DNA from: a virus
Taxonomy: Duplodnaviria > Caudoviricetes
Virus record (IMG/VR): IMGVR_UViG_3300014732_000001
Coordinates: 26,461 to 90,460 of that record
Length of the DNA: 64,000 bases
Reading direction: 5' to 3' (one strand)
Below, one piece after another: positions 1 to 7,483 of the stretch (position 1 is the first letter of the stretch; each line of letters begins with the position of its first letter). The notes under the pieces are model-generated. The model saw nothing but the letters and a program-made list of their open reading frames with translations, ran no database searches and was not told the DNA's origin. Made by a program: the position numbers and the translations under genes.

Positions 1-43
1 CTCTTGAAGCTCTTTACTGCTGTATTGGCGATAATTCTTAACA

Positions 44-334
44 TCAATCATCATTCTGTGTGCCCTCCAGTGTTGCAACGCTGCTGGCTACGATCCTCTG
101 CACTTTATTCATCTCTTTGATCAAGAATTCATTCAGAGGTTCTTGCTCCTCCTCTCCAATCCAATCTCGATAATCGTTTTCAGAATCCCACAAGTAACAG
201 CCCATATACTTGACATAATCGCCGATGGGAGTTTCTACTAATTCAAGGTATTGAAAGTAATCATGTTCATAAGCATCACTTCCAAACAACTTATCATTGA
301 GGTTCTTTACGATTTCACGGATATTCTCACTCAT
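44..334 (-). CDS. hypothetical phage protein (start moved to MSENI)
   Basis: ORF in a tightly packed minus-strand operon; no recognisable motif. Confidence 0.7.
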   Translation of the reverse strand: MSENIREIVKNLNDKLFGSDAYEHDYFQYLELVETPIGDYVKYMGCYLWDSENDYRDWIGEEEQEPLNEFLIKEMNKVQRIVASSVATLEGTQNDD

Positions 335-546
335 CAATAAATCTCCAATCGTGCATTCACTTCCGTAAACACATCGCCACAATGATCTTCTTTACAAGAC
401 AAGTCACCACTAACTAAACAGACGTTGTAGAGATCGACTGTCCGCATCATATACTTCAGCATACGACTGCTGATGTAAACCTTCCCTGCTTCAAGATCAT
501 CAAATTTAAGCTCTTTGCTCACAAATCGTAGGTCATTGACTTCCAT
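334..546 (-). CDS. hypothetical protein
   Basis: 70 aa ORF abutting its neighbours, GGAG RBS upstream. Confidence 0.7.
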   Translation of the reverse strand: MEVNDLRFVSKELKFDDLEAGKVYISSRMLKYMMRTVDLYNVCLVSGDLSCKEDHCGDVFTEVNARLEIY

Positions 547-548
547 AA

Positions 549-911
549 TTATTCCTCCAAATCCAATGCAGTAAGAATATACTCTTCCGACTTTCCAACC
601 TCGTAAAAGGTCGGTGAAGGAAGTTCCTTAGACCACTTATCTAGCAATTCTTTAAGAGATTTACTGTGGTGCTCTACAACGTCGCCCATCCAATCCTCGG
701 ACCATTCACCTCCGATATCGTAAGCTCGCTCTGCCATCTGTTCAATAATATCGTCTACATCGATCATTGCACTAATCTTTGGTCGCTTAGTTGTGGCTTT
801 CCAGACTATATCGCCCGGCTTAAGATCAGGATTATCATTGATTAGATCGGAAAGCTCAACACAATTAAAGTCTTCATCGTTGGCAGACCAAGCAATTTCA
901 TATACTTCCAT
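549..911 (-). CDS. hypothetical acidic protein (start MEVYE)
   Basis: GGAGG RBS before ATG at 911; packed operon. Confidence 0.75.
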   Translation of the reverse strand: MEVYEIAWSANDEDFNCVELSDLINDNPDLKPGDIVWKATTKRPKISAMIDVDDIIEQMAERAYDIGGEWSEDWMGDVVEHHSKSLKELLDKWSKELPSPTFYEVGKSEEYILTALDLEE

Positions 912-913
912 AA

Positions 914-1186
914 TTATTCCTCCCATTCTCCACGTTGTACACAGAATTTAGCTGGCTGCATCATCTTCGTAGCAACATTGTACATCATTTGTGTTTGCCA
1001 TTCAATGCATGGACCCTGTTTAGATTCTTCCATTCCAGCGTAGAGCAGAAAGAATACACCCACTGCACACCAGAACACAAAGCCAACCATTGCAATCTTG
1101 TTATCATACAGTGATTGCGACAGCAAGAAAAAGAACACCACAAAATAGCCAACAACAATCAACGTAATCAAGAGGGCTTCAAACAT
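914..1186 (-). CDS. small membrane protein
   Basis: two hydrophobic segments in the N-terminal half. Confidence 0.75.
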   Translation of the reverse strand: MFEALLITLIVVGYFVVFFFLLSQSLYDNKIAMVGFVFWCAVGVFFLLYAGMEESKQGPCIEWQTQMMYNVATKMMQPAKFCVQRGEWEE

Positions 1187-1370
1187 AGCCTTCGTCCTCT
1201 AGATCGATTTGTTCCACCATCTTAACAACAAATGGACGAGAAAACAAATAACCTGCAACTCCTTTCTCATCCTCTGAAATACACACAGCAATCTGTGTCC
1301 CTCCGTTCTTCAAATAAATATCAATCTCACGAAGAAGAGAGGATTTTGATTTATGGAATGTCTGTTGCAC
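1179..1370 (-). CDS. hypothetical protein
   Basis: 63 aa ORF overlapping the next gene, AGGAG RBS. Confidence 0.65.
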   Translation of the reverse strand: MQQTFHKSKSSLLREIDIYLKNGGTQIAVCISEDEKGVAGYLFSRPFVVKMVEQIDLEDEGYV

Positions 1371-1382
1371 TATTTGTTCTCC

Positions 1383-1781
1383 TTAATAGGAACGATATGC
1401 TTGCTTTAGCTCTTCTACAAGACGTTGATTCTGCTCCTCAAGCTCTTTGATTCGTTCCTTAAGGATTGTCTCTCCCATGCTAGGAAGCAGAGCAACAGCC
1501 AGTTGCTTCATATCCATTCGCCAACCTTGTACACTAATCAGATGCTCTGCGCCATATGTATCACTTACAGTGAACGATTGCTCACTCACTCGTGTAATTT
1601 TCCCTTGCAAGATGTTTTCAATGCAACCAGCAACACGATAGGAAATATTGCATTCTGTGTCTGTCTCTACATATGGAAGATAATCAGTGTAAAGACGAGA
1701 CATAATGTCTTCAAGCACATCACCAGCTTTTTGCTTAAGCTCCTCAAGAGCGTCTTGTAGAATCTTTTCTTTTGTGTTCAC
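1383..1781 (-). CDS. hypothetical protein with C-terminal coiled coil
   Basis: GTG start with GGAGG RBS; heptad-like C-terminus. Confidence 0.75.
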   Translation of the reverse strand: MNTKEKILQDALEELKQKAGDVLEDIMSRLYTDYLPYVETDTECNISYRVAGCIENILQGKITRVSEQSFTVSDTYGAEHLISVQGWRMDMKQLAVALLPSMGETILKERIKELEEQNQRLVEELKQAYRSY

Positions 1782-2011
1782 TTCACCACCTCCAATTTCA
1801 CCTTCTTTTCTTTAGTGCAGGCATTATAATCCCCATTTCCACTACAGGTCAACGAATTTTCGGCATTTTGTTGCTCATCTCCGTTGTAGAAGGATGCTTG
1901 TCGCATTGCAATCTCAGCTTCAATAATATCTTTGAATGTATACAGGCCAGACAAAGAAATATTCTTTAGATGCTCTGCTACAGGAAGCCAGATGGATATA
2001 TCATCATTCAT
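1778..2011 (-). CDS. hypothetical protein
   Basis: 77 aa ORF, coupled to neighbours. Confidence 0.65.
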   Translation of the reverse strand: MNDDISIWLPVAEHLKNISLSGLYTFKDIIEAEIAMRQASFYNGDEQQNAENSLTCSGNGDYNACTKEKKVKLEVVK

Positions 2012-2012
2012 T

Positions 2013-2633
2013 CTACTTCTCTCCTACAGCACTTAAAGCTTTTCTAAGGATGATTGAGTTTACTTGGTCCTCACTACTAGCGCAACCAAATTTACCCTCA
2101 AATCGTTGTTTCATTTTCTGGGGGTGAGGATCGCTCCATTGATAACCTTCACTTAGAAACATACTTTTAGAGGCAAGAGTCTTCTTGAATGCCTCTGTGA
2201 GTCGAATATTCATATTAGCATCTACCCAAATTTTACAGACAGAAACATCCATATACCCTAGCACTTTAAACTGGTCGCCCGGCTGTGCAAGCTGGATAAA
2301 CTGAACACTCATTCCGGCAATATTACACTGCCAGACGCGCACCAGAGCAGGCATTTTTCTGTAGAGATTGCTCATCTCTCGCACACCATTCGAACTACTC
2401 TCATGAATTTCTGAGAGGGTCTTGATTTCTACACCTCTGAAGGCTTTCTGTAATTGATTCCTACATGCGTCGATTGTCCTTGCTGTGGACACATAATAAA
2501 AATCCAGATCATTACATTCATTGCCAAAGTACCAGTCACGGGGTGCCCCGCCTGCCAGAATACAGTGGGGGTCAATAACCTTTAGCTTCTCGTATACGGT
2601 CTGTGCTATAGCTTTCTGCTGTTCAATTGTCAT
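2013..2633 (-). CDS. nucleotidyltransferase, CCA-adding/poly(A) polymerase head-domain-like (copy 1)
   Basis: LAGGAPRD...NDLDF, matching the class II NTase signature GGxxRD...DxD. Confidence 0.8.
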   Translation of the reverse strand: MTIEQQKAIAQTVYEKLKVIDPHCILAGGAPRDWYFGNECNDLDFYYVSTARTIDACRNQLQKAFRGVEIKTLSEIHESSSNGVREMSNLYRKMPALVRVWQCNIAGMSVQFIQLAQPGDQFKVLGYMDVSVCKIWVDANMNIRLTEAFKKTLASKSMFLSEGYQWSDPHPQKMKQRFEGKFGCASSEDQVNSIILRKALSAVGEK

Positions 2634-3334
2634 TCCACTCCCTCCTCCACAAAACGAAGACCTGACTCATAAAGGTGTGCAGCCACATCAGTATAGCTGG
2701 ACATACGTTCGGTTTCAATCAACACGTCTGAGATAGCGTCAATAACCTTCTTTCGCTCTTGTGCTGCAATCTGCTCAGGTGTTTGGATTGGACGAATCTT
2801 AGTATGTTTATCCAACACCAAAAGCTGTTCAAATCCTAGATGCGGACAAGCAATAACAACCTCATCCTCATCACCATCTGGAATATCCAGCACGTATTTC
2901 ACCGTAGCCTCAAACCAAGGACCAGCACCAAGCTTATATTCGATATTAGCTCCGACAGGAGGAAGATCCCCATTTTCATACCACGAATTGTCTTGAGCTT
3001 TTGGCTCATTGTCAGAAGTGTTTACAGCAGAAGACACAACGTCGTTTTCTACACTGATTTTCTGCACTAAATAGCCACTTTCGTTTGATGTTTGAAGACC
3101 TTCTACAAGTTGCAAAGCCTCCCCACCAATAAAACCATCCTCACCCGGCACATATTCAAAGCGATTTAAGAGGCTTGGTTTAAGAAGATAACCGTCTTCG
3201 CCAAAGTAGCCGTCTGGTAGGTAGCTAATAATTTCAAAGACCTCCCCACTCAAAGACTCTACGTCGCTGTAAGAAATACCCCATCCGCCCTCAACAACAT
3301 GCACACGATCACCCACTTTGTATTTAAGACTCAT
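2630..3334 (-). CDS. hypothetical phage protein (start MSLKY)
   Basis: N-terminal YKVGDRV (SH3/KOW-like) and internal W..GDLPPVG segment typical of phage hypotheticals. Confidence 0.75.
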   Translation of the reverse strand: MSLKYKVGDRVHVVEGGWGISYSDVESLSGEVFEIISYLPDGYFGEDGYLLKPSLLNRFEYVPGEDGFIGGEALQLVEGLQTSNESGYLVQKISVENDVVSSAVNTSDNEPKAQDNSWYENGDLPPVGANIEYKLGAGPWFEATVKYVLDIPDGDEDEVVIACPHLGFEQLLVLDKHTKIRPIQTPEQIAAQERKKVIDAISDVLIETERMSSYTDVAAHLYESGLRFVEEGVE

Positions 3335-3471
3335 TCTTCTTCCTCCCAATATTTACCTTGCTTACCACCATTCTTACGGCTTTCCTTCTTCTTGTCAAGC
3401 TCAATTTTAGGCTTGTTGAAGGAGAATGTGTGTTTCTTGACAATGTTACGTTGCTTAGGCTTCTTTTTCAT
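3331..3471 (-). CDS. small basic protein, 46 aa (not in ORF track)
   Basis: MKKKPKQRNIVKKHTFSFNKPKIELDKKKESRKNGGKQGKYWEEEE; exactly fills the gap, overlapping both neighbours by 4 nt. Confidence 0.7.
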   Translation of the reverse strand: MKKKPKQRNIVKKHTFSFNKPKIELDKKKESRKNGGKQGKYWEEEE

Positions 3472-3791
3472 TTGCAAGCCTCCTGATAAATTGCATGGAT
3501 TACGCTACCCGATGGTATATCATCTGTTGGGGGTGTGTCAAATCCATACGTATCGTCACTACAATCAAAGTATACCTCTACTGAGAGGGCTGTACGCCCA
3601 ATTGGGTCTGTGATGATCCAGTGTGTTCCTTTATATTTGTAACCATCGGCTTTCGTCCCGTAGCTGTAGAATTTCTTCTCAATCTGATGCGTATTCCCCA
3701 GAGCGTCTGTTCCAAAGAAACGCATCTCCAGGATTTCTGCTTGCACTGACATAGAGGCTAGGGTCATTGATGCTACGATTAGAGCTTTCAT
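3468..3791 (-). CDS. putative secreted/periplasmic protein
   Basis: signal peptide MKALIVASMTLASMSVQA|E; two Cys; first gene of the leftward operon. Confidence 0.75.
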   Translation of the reverse strand: MKALIVASMTLASMSVQAEILEMRFFGTDALGNTHQIEKKFYSYGTKADGYKYKGTHWIITDPIGRTALSVEVYFDCSDDTYGFDTPPTDDIPSGSVIHAIYQEACK

Positions 3792-3823
3792 TTCTTGTCC
3801 CTCGTTTTGTTTGTGTTGGGTAT

Positions 3824-3829
3824 ATTCTA
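3824..3829 (-). promoter_or_regulatory. -10 box of leftward promoter
   Basis: TAGAAT followed by ATACCCAAC, matching the early-promoter downstream motif; -35 weak. Confidence 0.5.
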
Positions 3830-3910
3830 CATCAACATCTCAGAAAGCATAATTGTAAATTTCTATCGAGAGAGCAGAAGATGATAGAGGAAATTGTAGA
3901 GGGTGGTGTG

Positions 3911-3939
3911 TTGACATTTAGAGGAGGAGGGTGGAGAAT
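3911..3939 (+). promoter_or_regulatory. sigma70-type promoter of control cassette A
   Basis: TTGACA-17-GAGAAT; GTGTGTTGACA context shared with cassette B (33831-33841). Confidence 0.6.
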
Positions 3940-3961
3940 TGGTGGTAGGGAAGAAAAGGTA

Positions 3962-4208
3962 TGGGACTGAAAATCTCCCTATATAGGATCAAAAATCCTA
4001 CACGTATGGGATCAGAAGTCTCTTTATCAAGATAGAGTAATAAGATAGAAAGAACAAAAACGAATAAATAATGAAAGCATCGTGCAAGCACGACAGGTCG
4101 TAGACCAAATGAAAGCTTGTGTATCTGGCTTTTATCTTTTATTATTTTTGTGTGCAAAGAGCGTAAGCGAAGAAAAGAAATACGAAAGGTATAGGATCGT
4201 AAGTCCCA
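3962..4208. repeat. four 17-bp semi-palindromic boxes (cassette A), iteron/operator-like
   Basis: TGGGACTGAAAATCTCC (3962), TAGGATCAAAAATCCTA (3984), TGGGATCAGAAGTCTCT (4007), TAGGATCGTAAGTCCCA (4192); first three spaced 22 and 23 bp. Confidence 0.75.
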
Positions 4209-4236
4209 TACTGTAACCCCAAAGGAGATAGCTTTT

Positions 4237-4362
4237 ATGACAAACCTAATTGTACCCCGTGACCTTCTGCGTTGGATCGATGAAAATCGTGGAAGCCTGA
4301 GTCGTCAGAGCTATATTATAAAATGCCTGTTCAAACTCAAGGAGGTTAGCGAGATGAAGTAG
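4237..4362 (+). CDS. small CopG/Arc-like ribbon-helix-helix protein, 41 aa (not in ORF track)
   Basis: MTNLIVPRDLLRWIDENRGSLSRQSYIIKCLFKLKEVSEMK; AAGGAG RBS; paralog at 34170-34292. Confidence 0.7.
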   Translation: MTNLIVPRDLLRWIDENRGSLSRQSYIIKCLFKLKEVSEMK

Positions 4363-4417
4363 ATTTCTATCAGAAACTCGAAAGCAATAAATTACTTAAA
4401 TAACTGAGGACTTAACT

Positions 4418-4894
4418 ATGAAAGAGGAAACATTTTACAAAATACCAAAATCTCTGATGAAAGCAACTGGATACTACAGCTTAGAGAACGGGAATCCTGT
4501 TATCCTTACGATAGCAGCGAAGCTTGTCTACACCTATATGCTGGACAGGCTTGTGTTTTTCGTAGATAAGCAGAAAGGGCAACATTTTGAGTCACAGCAA
4601 ACAATTGCTGATGCTTGTGGTTTGGAATATAAGGTGGTAGGTAAAATCCTGCGTCAATTTATGGATAATGGGGTTGTTTTTGGTAAGAAGCTGCGTCCGA
4701 ATGGCAGAGGTCAGTGGCGTTGGCATTACACTAAAATCGAAACAGGTCTTGACTTCTGGCAAGGTTCTTCAGAAAATCCTGTCAGGGTTGGGAAAGATTT
4801 TGTTGAACACAAAGCTACTATTCCAGTACAAACAAAGAAAAATCTTGACAGCCCACCATCTTGGGTGGATGATGAAGAAGGATTACCATTTTAG
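4418..4894 (+). CDS. winged-HTH DNA-binding protein (DUF6945-like, from recall), possible replication initiator A
   Basis: FYKIPK N-terminus; HTH-like SQQTIADACGLEYKVVGKILRQFMDNG; acidic tail DDEEGLPF; paralog at 34341-34835. Confidence 0.75.
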   Translation: MKEETFYKIPKSLMKATGYYSLENGNPVILTIAAKLVYTYMLDRLVFFVDKQKGQHFESQQTIADACGLEYKVVGKILRQFMDNGVVFGKKLRPNGRGQWRWHYTKIETGLDFWQGSSENPVRVGKDFVEHKATIPVQTKKNLDSPPSWVDDEEGLPF

Positions 4895-4907
4895 GAGGAT
4901 TTTACCT

Positions 4908-5669
4908 ATGAACTTGAAAGAATATATGCAAATGAAGTACCCAAATAGCAAGAAAAAGCACCTGAACTCTATTGAATTCGATATATTCGGTATCTTAGAT
5001 CACAGTAAGGGTTGGTTCAAACGCAACGAGGGGTTGGAACTTACACAAGAGCAAATTAATAAAGTCTATTTCCGTACAAGCAGTTTACGAGGAAGTAAGA
5101 AAAGCAAAACTCTCGCCCGAATTGCAAACGCCGTAAAAGATTATGAAGTTACAGACAATAAATACGTTTACCTAATGAAAAACGCTAACGAGATGCTTAA
5201 AATTGGGATTTCCGTGGACCCAATCAGACGAGCCAGGAACATTTCAACATCCTCTGGTGTTCCTACGCATCTTGTGGCGTTCTGGAAAGTTGATCGTAGA
5301 GCGGTAGAGGTTGAATCAAAGCTTCTGAAACATTTCAAGCGGCGTTCAACCCTTGGTGAATGGTTCAGTCCAAATTCGTTCTCAATACAAGAAATCGAGG
5401 CTCAGATTGGGTGCAATTTTGAAAGAAAGTTTTTATTGGAGGATGTATATAAAAAGGTTGAGCGGAGCACAGAAAAACACAGCTATGAGCGGGTGAAATT
5501 TCAAACAACTAAGGCAAAGCTTTTTGTAATCCAAGGAATTGATGTATGGGTTCCAAAAGCTGTGATCGAGGTTGAGAAAGACGGTGAACTTGAAACTTCT
5601 GGAACATTCTTGTCCGAGAAGATTTCAGGCTTACTGAAATGTCAAGATTATTTTAGTCAGGGTGTGTAG
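4908..5669 (+). mobile_element. T5orf172/GIY-YIG-superfamily putative homing endonuclease (start moved to 4908)
   Basis: YVYLMKN...LKIGIS.DP..R...I...VESKLLKHF...GEWF motif; GGAGG RBS before ATG 4908. Confidence 0.8.
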
Positions 5670-5678
5670 CAAGTATCC

Positions 5679-5708
5679 TTGACGACGATAAGAATCGTAT
5701 TGTAAAGT
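5679..5708 (+). promoter_or_regulatory. sigma70-type early promoter
   Basis: TTGACG-18-TAAAGT. Confidence 0.55.
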
Positions 5709-5740
5709 ATGCCAAACAACTGATGCTCTTGGAGGAATAA

Positions 5741-6019
5741 ATGAAAGTCACATTTTATAAAGCGCCAAATGGCCACAAAGAAATTCTTAATATTACGAAG
5801 ATCAATAAAGAAGATGAGGAGTTCTTTATTGCTAACGGTGTTAAAATCAGCATGGAAGAGATTGGAGGTGATTTTGTTGTCTATGCTGACACAGGCTTAG
5901 AAAATGAAGATGGAAACCCGGAAGAGTTTATTGAGATTGCACAAGGTCGGAGCTGCGAGGATGTGCTGAAAGCCCTGCGTATTTGCTGTGAAGAATTCTT
6001 GAAAAGCTTGGAGAAATAG
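5741..6019 (+). CDS. hypothetical early protein
   Basis: GGAGG RBS; 92 aa acidic ORF. Confidence 0.8.
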   Translation: MKVTFYKAPNGHKEILNITKINKEDEEFFIANGVKISMEEIGGDFVVYADTGLENEDGNPEEFIEIAQGRSCEDVLKALRICCEEFLKSLEK

Positions 6020-6020
6020 A

Positions 6021-6551
6021 ATGAAAGATGGTGATGTGTTCCACTGGTACTACAAGAACGACATTGAATACCGAGCAAAACATGCTGGCTCTGGCACGGC
6101 ATACTGGTGTTTAGACAATCAGTGTGTATACTGGGAGGGTGTTGGTCTTGTAGACACCTATTGGTCTGGTCTTACTGGTCAATACCTGTCATCCCATGCA
6201 AAAATTCTAGACGAAGAAGAAATTGACCTTGAGTTTGTTTGCAATCTTGACGATGTTGAATTTATTCACAAATCAGATGCAGACGAGTACGACAAAGTAT
6301 ACGATTTGAGCCACCAGCACCGCTGTTACCCGCATTTTGCTGTAGATAAGGGCGTATGTAAAAGTAAGAAAGCCATTCTCACAAAGAAAGAACGGGAACT
6401 CGCAGACGTAAAAAGTGAACTTGAATACTTACAACGTAAGGAGGTGTGGCTCACAGAAGAAATTGCTGAACTATTGATAGAAAGAGACCTTTCATCCACA
6501 AGGATTCTGTGTAAAATAGGGACAAATCAAAGCAATTCCGCAACAACGTGA
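6021..6551 (+). CDS. hypothetical early protein
   Basis: 176 aa ORF, GGAG RBS, C-terminal coiled coil. Confidence 0.8.
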   Translation: MKDGDVFHWYYKNDIEYRAKHAGSGTAYWCLDNQCVYWEGVGLVDTYWSGLTGQYLSSHAKILDEEEIDLEFVCNLDDVEFIHKSDADEYDKVYDLSHQHRCYPHFAVDKGVCKSKKAILTKKERELADVKSELEYLQRKEVWLTEEIAELLIERDLSSTRILCKIGTNQSNSATT

Positions 6552-6561
6552 GGATTTAAAG

Positions 6562-6903
6562 ATGAAAGTTCTAGAAGACAAAGGCTATAAATGCTGGAAG
6601 ACAGACAACGAAAGCTATGGTGTAATTAAGCATTACCAAAGGCGCTTACAAGAGGATGAAATCCTAAAATTCTCCATCCCACTTTGTCAATGCAATGACA
6701 AGACCCTGTTGAATGTCGTGCATTCAGATTTACTGATTCATGGATATAAGAGCGAATCATTTGAAGTGAGTTTGTGCCATGAGAACAAAGACGGTGAGTG
6801 GTGCGACCTTAAAATCTACTGCCTGACACGAAAACAGGTTGAGGATTCTCTTGACAGGTTGGAGCAAAAGGTGTTGAATATGTGGAAAGCATTCAACGAC
6901 TGA
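6562..6903 (+). CDS. hypothetical early protein
   Basis: 113 aa ORF with GAGG RBS. Confidence 0.75.
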   Translation: MKVLEDKGYKCWKTDNESYGVIKHYQRRLQEDEILKFSIPLCQCNDKTLLNVVHSDLLIHGYKSESFEVSLCHENKDGEWCDLKIYCLTRKQVEDSLDRLEQKVLNMWKAFND

Positions 6904-6914
6904 GGAGAATAGAA

Positions 6915-7106
6915 ATGACCATTAAATACCGTGTAAATTATTACGAGTCTGAGTGTGGATGGGGTAGTGATTCTTGGAATACTGACTACGACACAGAGCA
7001 AGAAGCCCGAGCCGCATACCAAGAGTGCTTTGATCATTATATGCGTCAAAACAGCACACCAAGTTATTACATCCATCCTACCTATATTGGCGAAGTAAAA
7101 GTTTAA
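6915..7106 (+). CDS. small conserved-type phage protein (YESExGWG motif)
   Basis: GAGGAG RBS; YYESECGWG resembles a widespread small phage family (recall). Confidence 0.7.
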   Translation: MTIKYRVNYYESECGWGSDSWNTDYDTEQEARAAYQECFDHYMRQNSTPSYYIHPTYIGEVKV

Positions 7107-7282
7107 TGAACACATATTCATCTAAGCTATACAATATTCTTATTGAAGCAGGGTTTTCCATAGAAAAGATTGATAGGCTCTGGACAATCTTTAGCTTGAC
7201 ATCTGATAAGAAAGAGCCTATTCTTTGGTCGGCTTCATTGGGAAGCCTTCTAAAACAAGCTGAAATTGAATTAGGAATGTGA
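7106..7282 (+). CDS. hypothetical protein, 58 aa (not in ORF track)
   Basis: MNTYSSKLYNILIEAG...; fills the gap, TAATG coupling. Confidence 0.55.
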   Translation: MNTYSSKLYNILIEAGFSIEKIDRLWTIFSLTSDKKEPILWSASLGSLLKQAEIELGM

Positions 7283-7283
7283 T

Positions 7284-7481
7284 ATGAACACATCTACAGA
7301 ATATAACGAAGGTTATCGCCTGGGAGCCGAGGATTGTGAATATGCAATAAAGCTTGGGTATAGTGTTCTTGTGCAGCATTTAAAGCACTGGGAAAGCTAT
7401 ACAGCGCAAGATGATGAGGATAAGGGATATCTCCAAGCCCTTAAAGATTTCGAAGATAAATTGTTTACAGTGGGAGAATAG
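7284..7481 (+). CDS. hypothetical early protein
   Basis: 65 aa ORF in packed operon. Confidence 0.7.
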   Translation: MNTSTEYNEGYRLGAEDCEYAIKLGYSVLVQHLKHWESYTAQDDEDKGYLQALKDFEDKLFTVGE

Positions 7482-7483
7482 CT

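Noticed and set aside
4668-4907. 5' extension of the 333-aa track ORF
   Set aside because: It overlaps the wHTH gene out of frame; a GGAGG RBS supports ATG 4908 instead.
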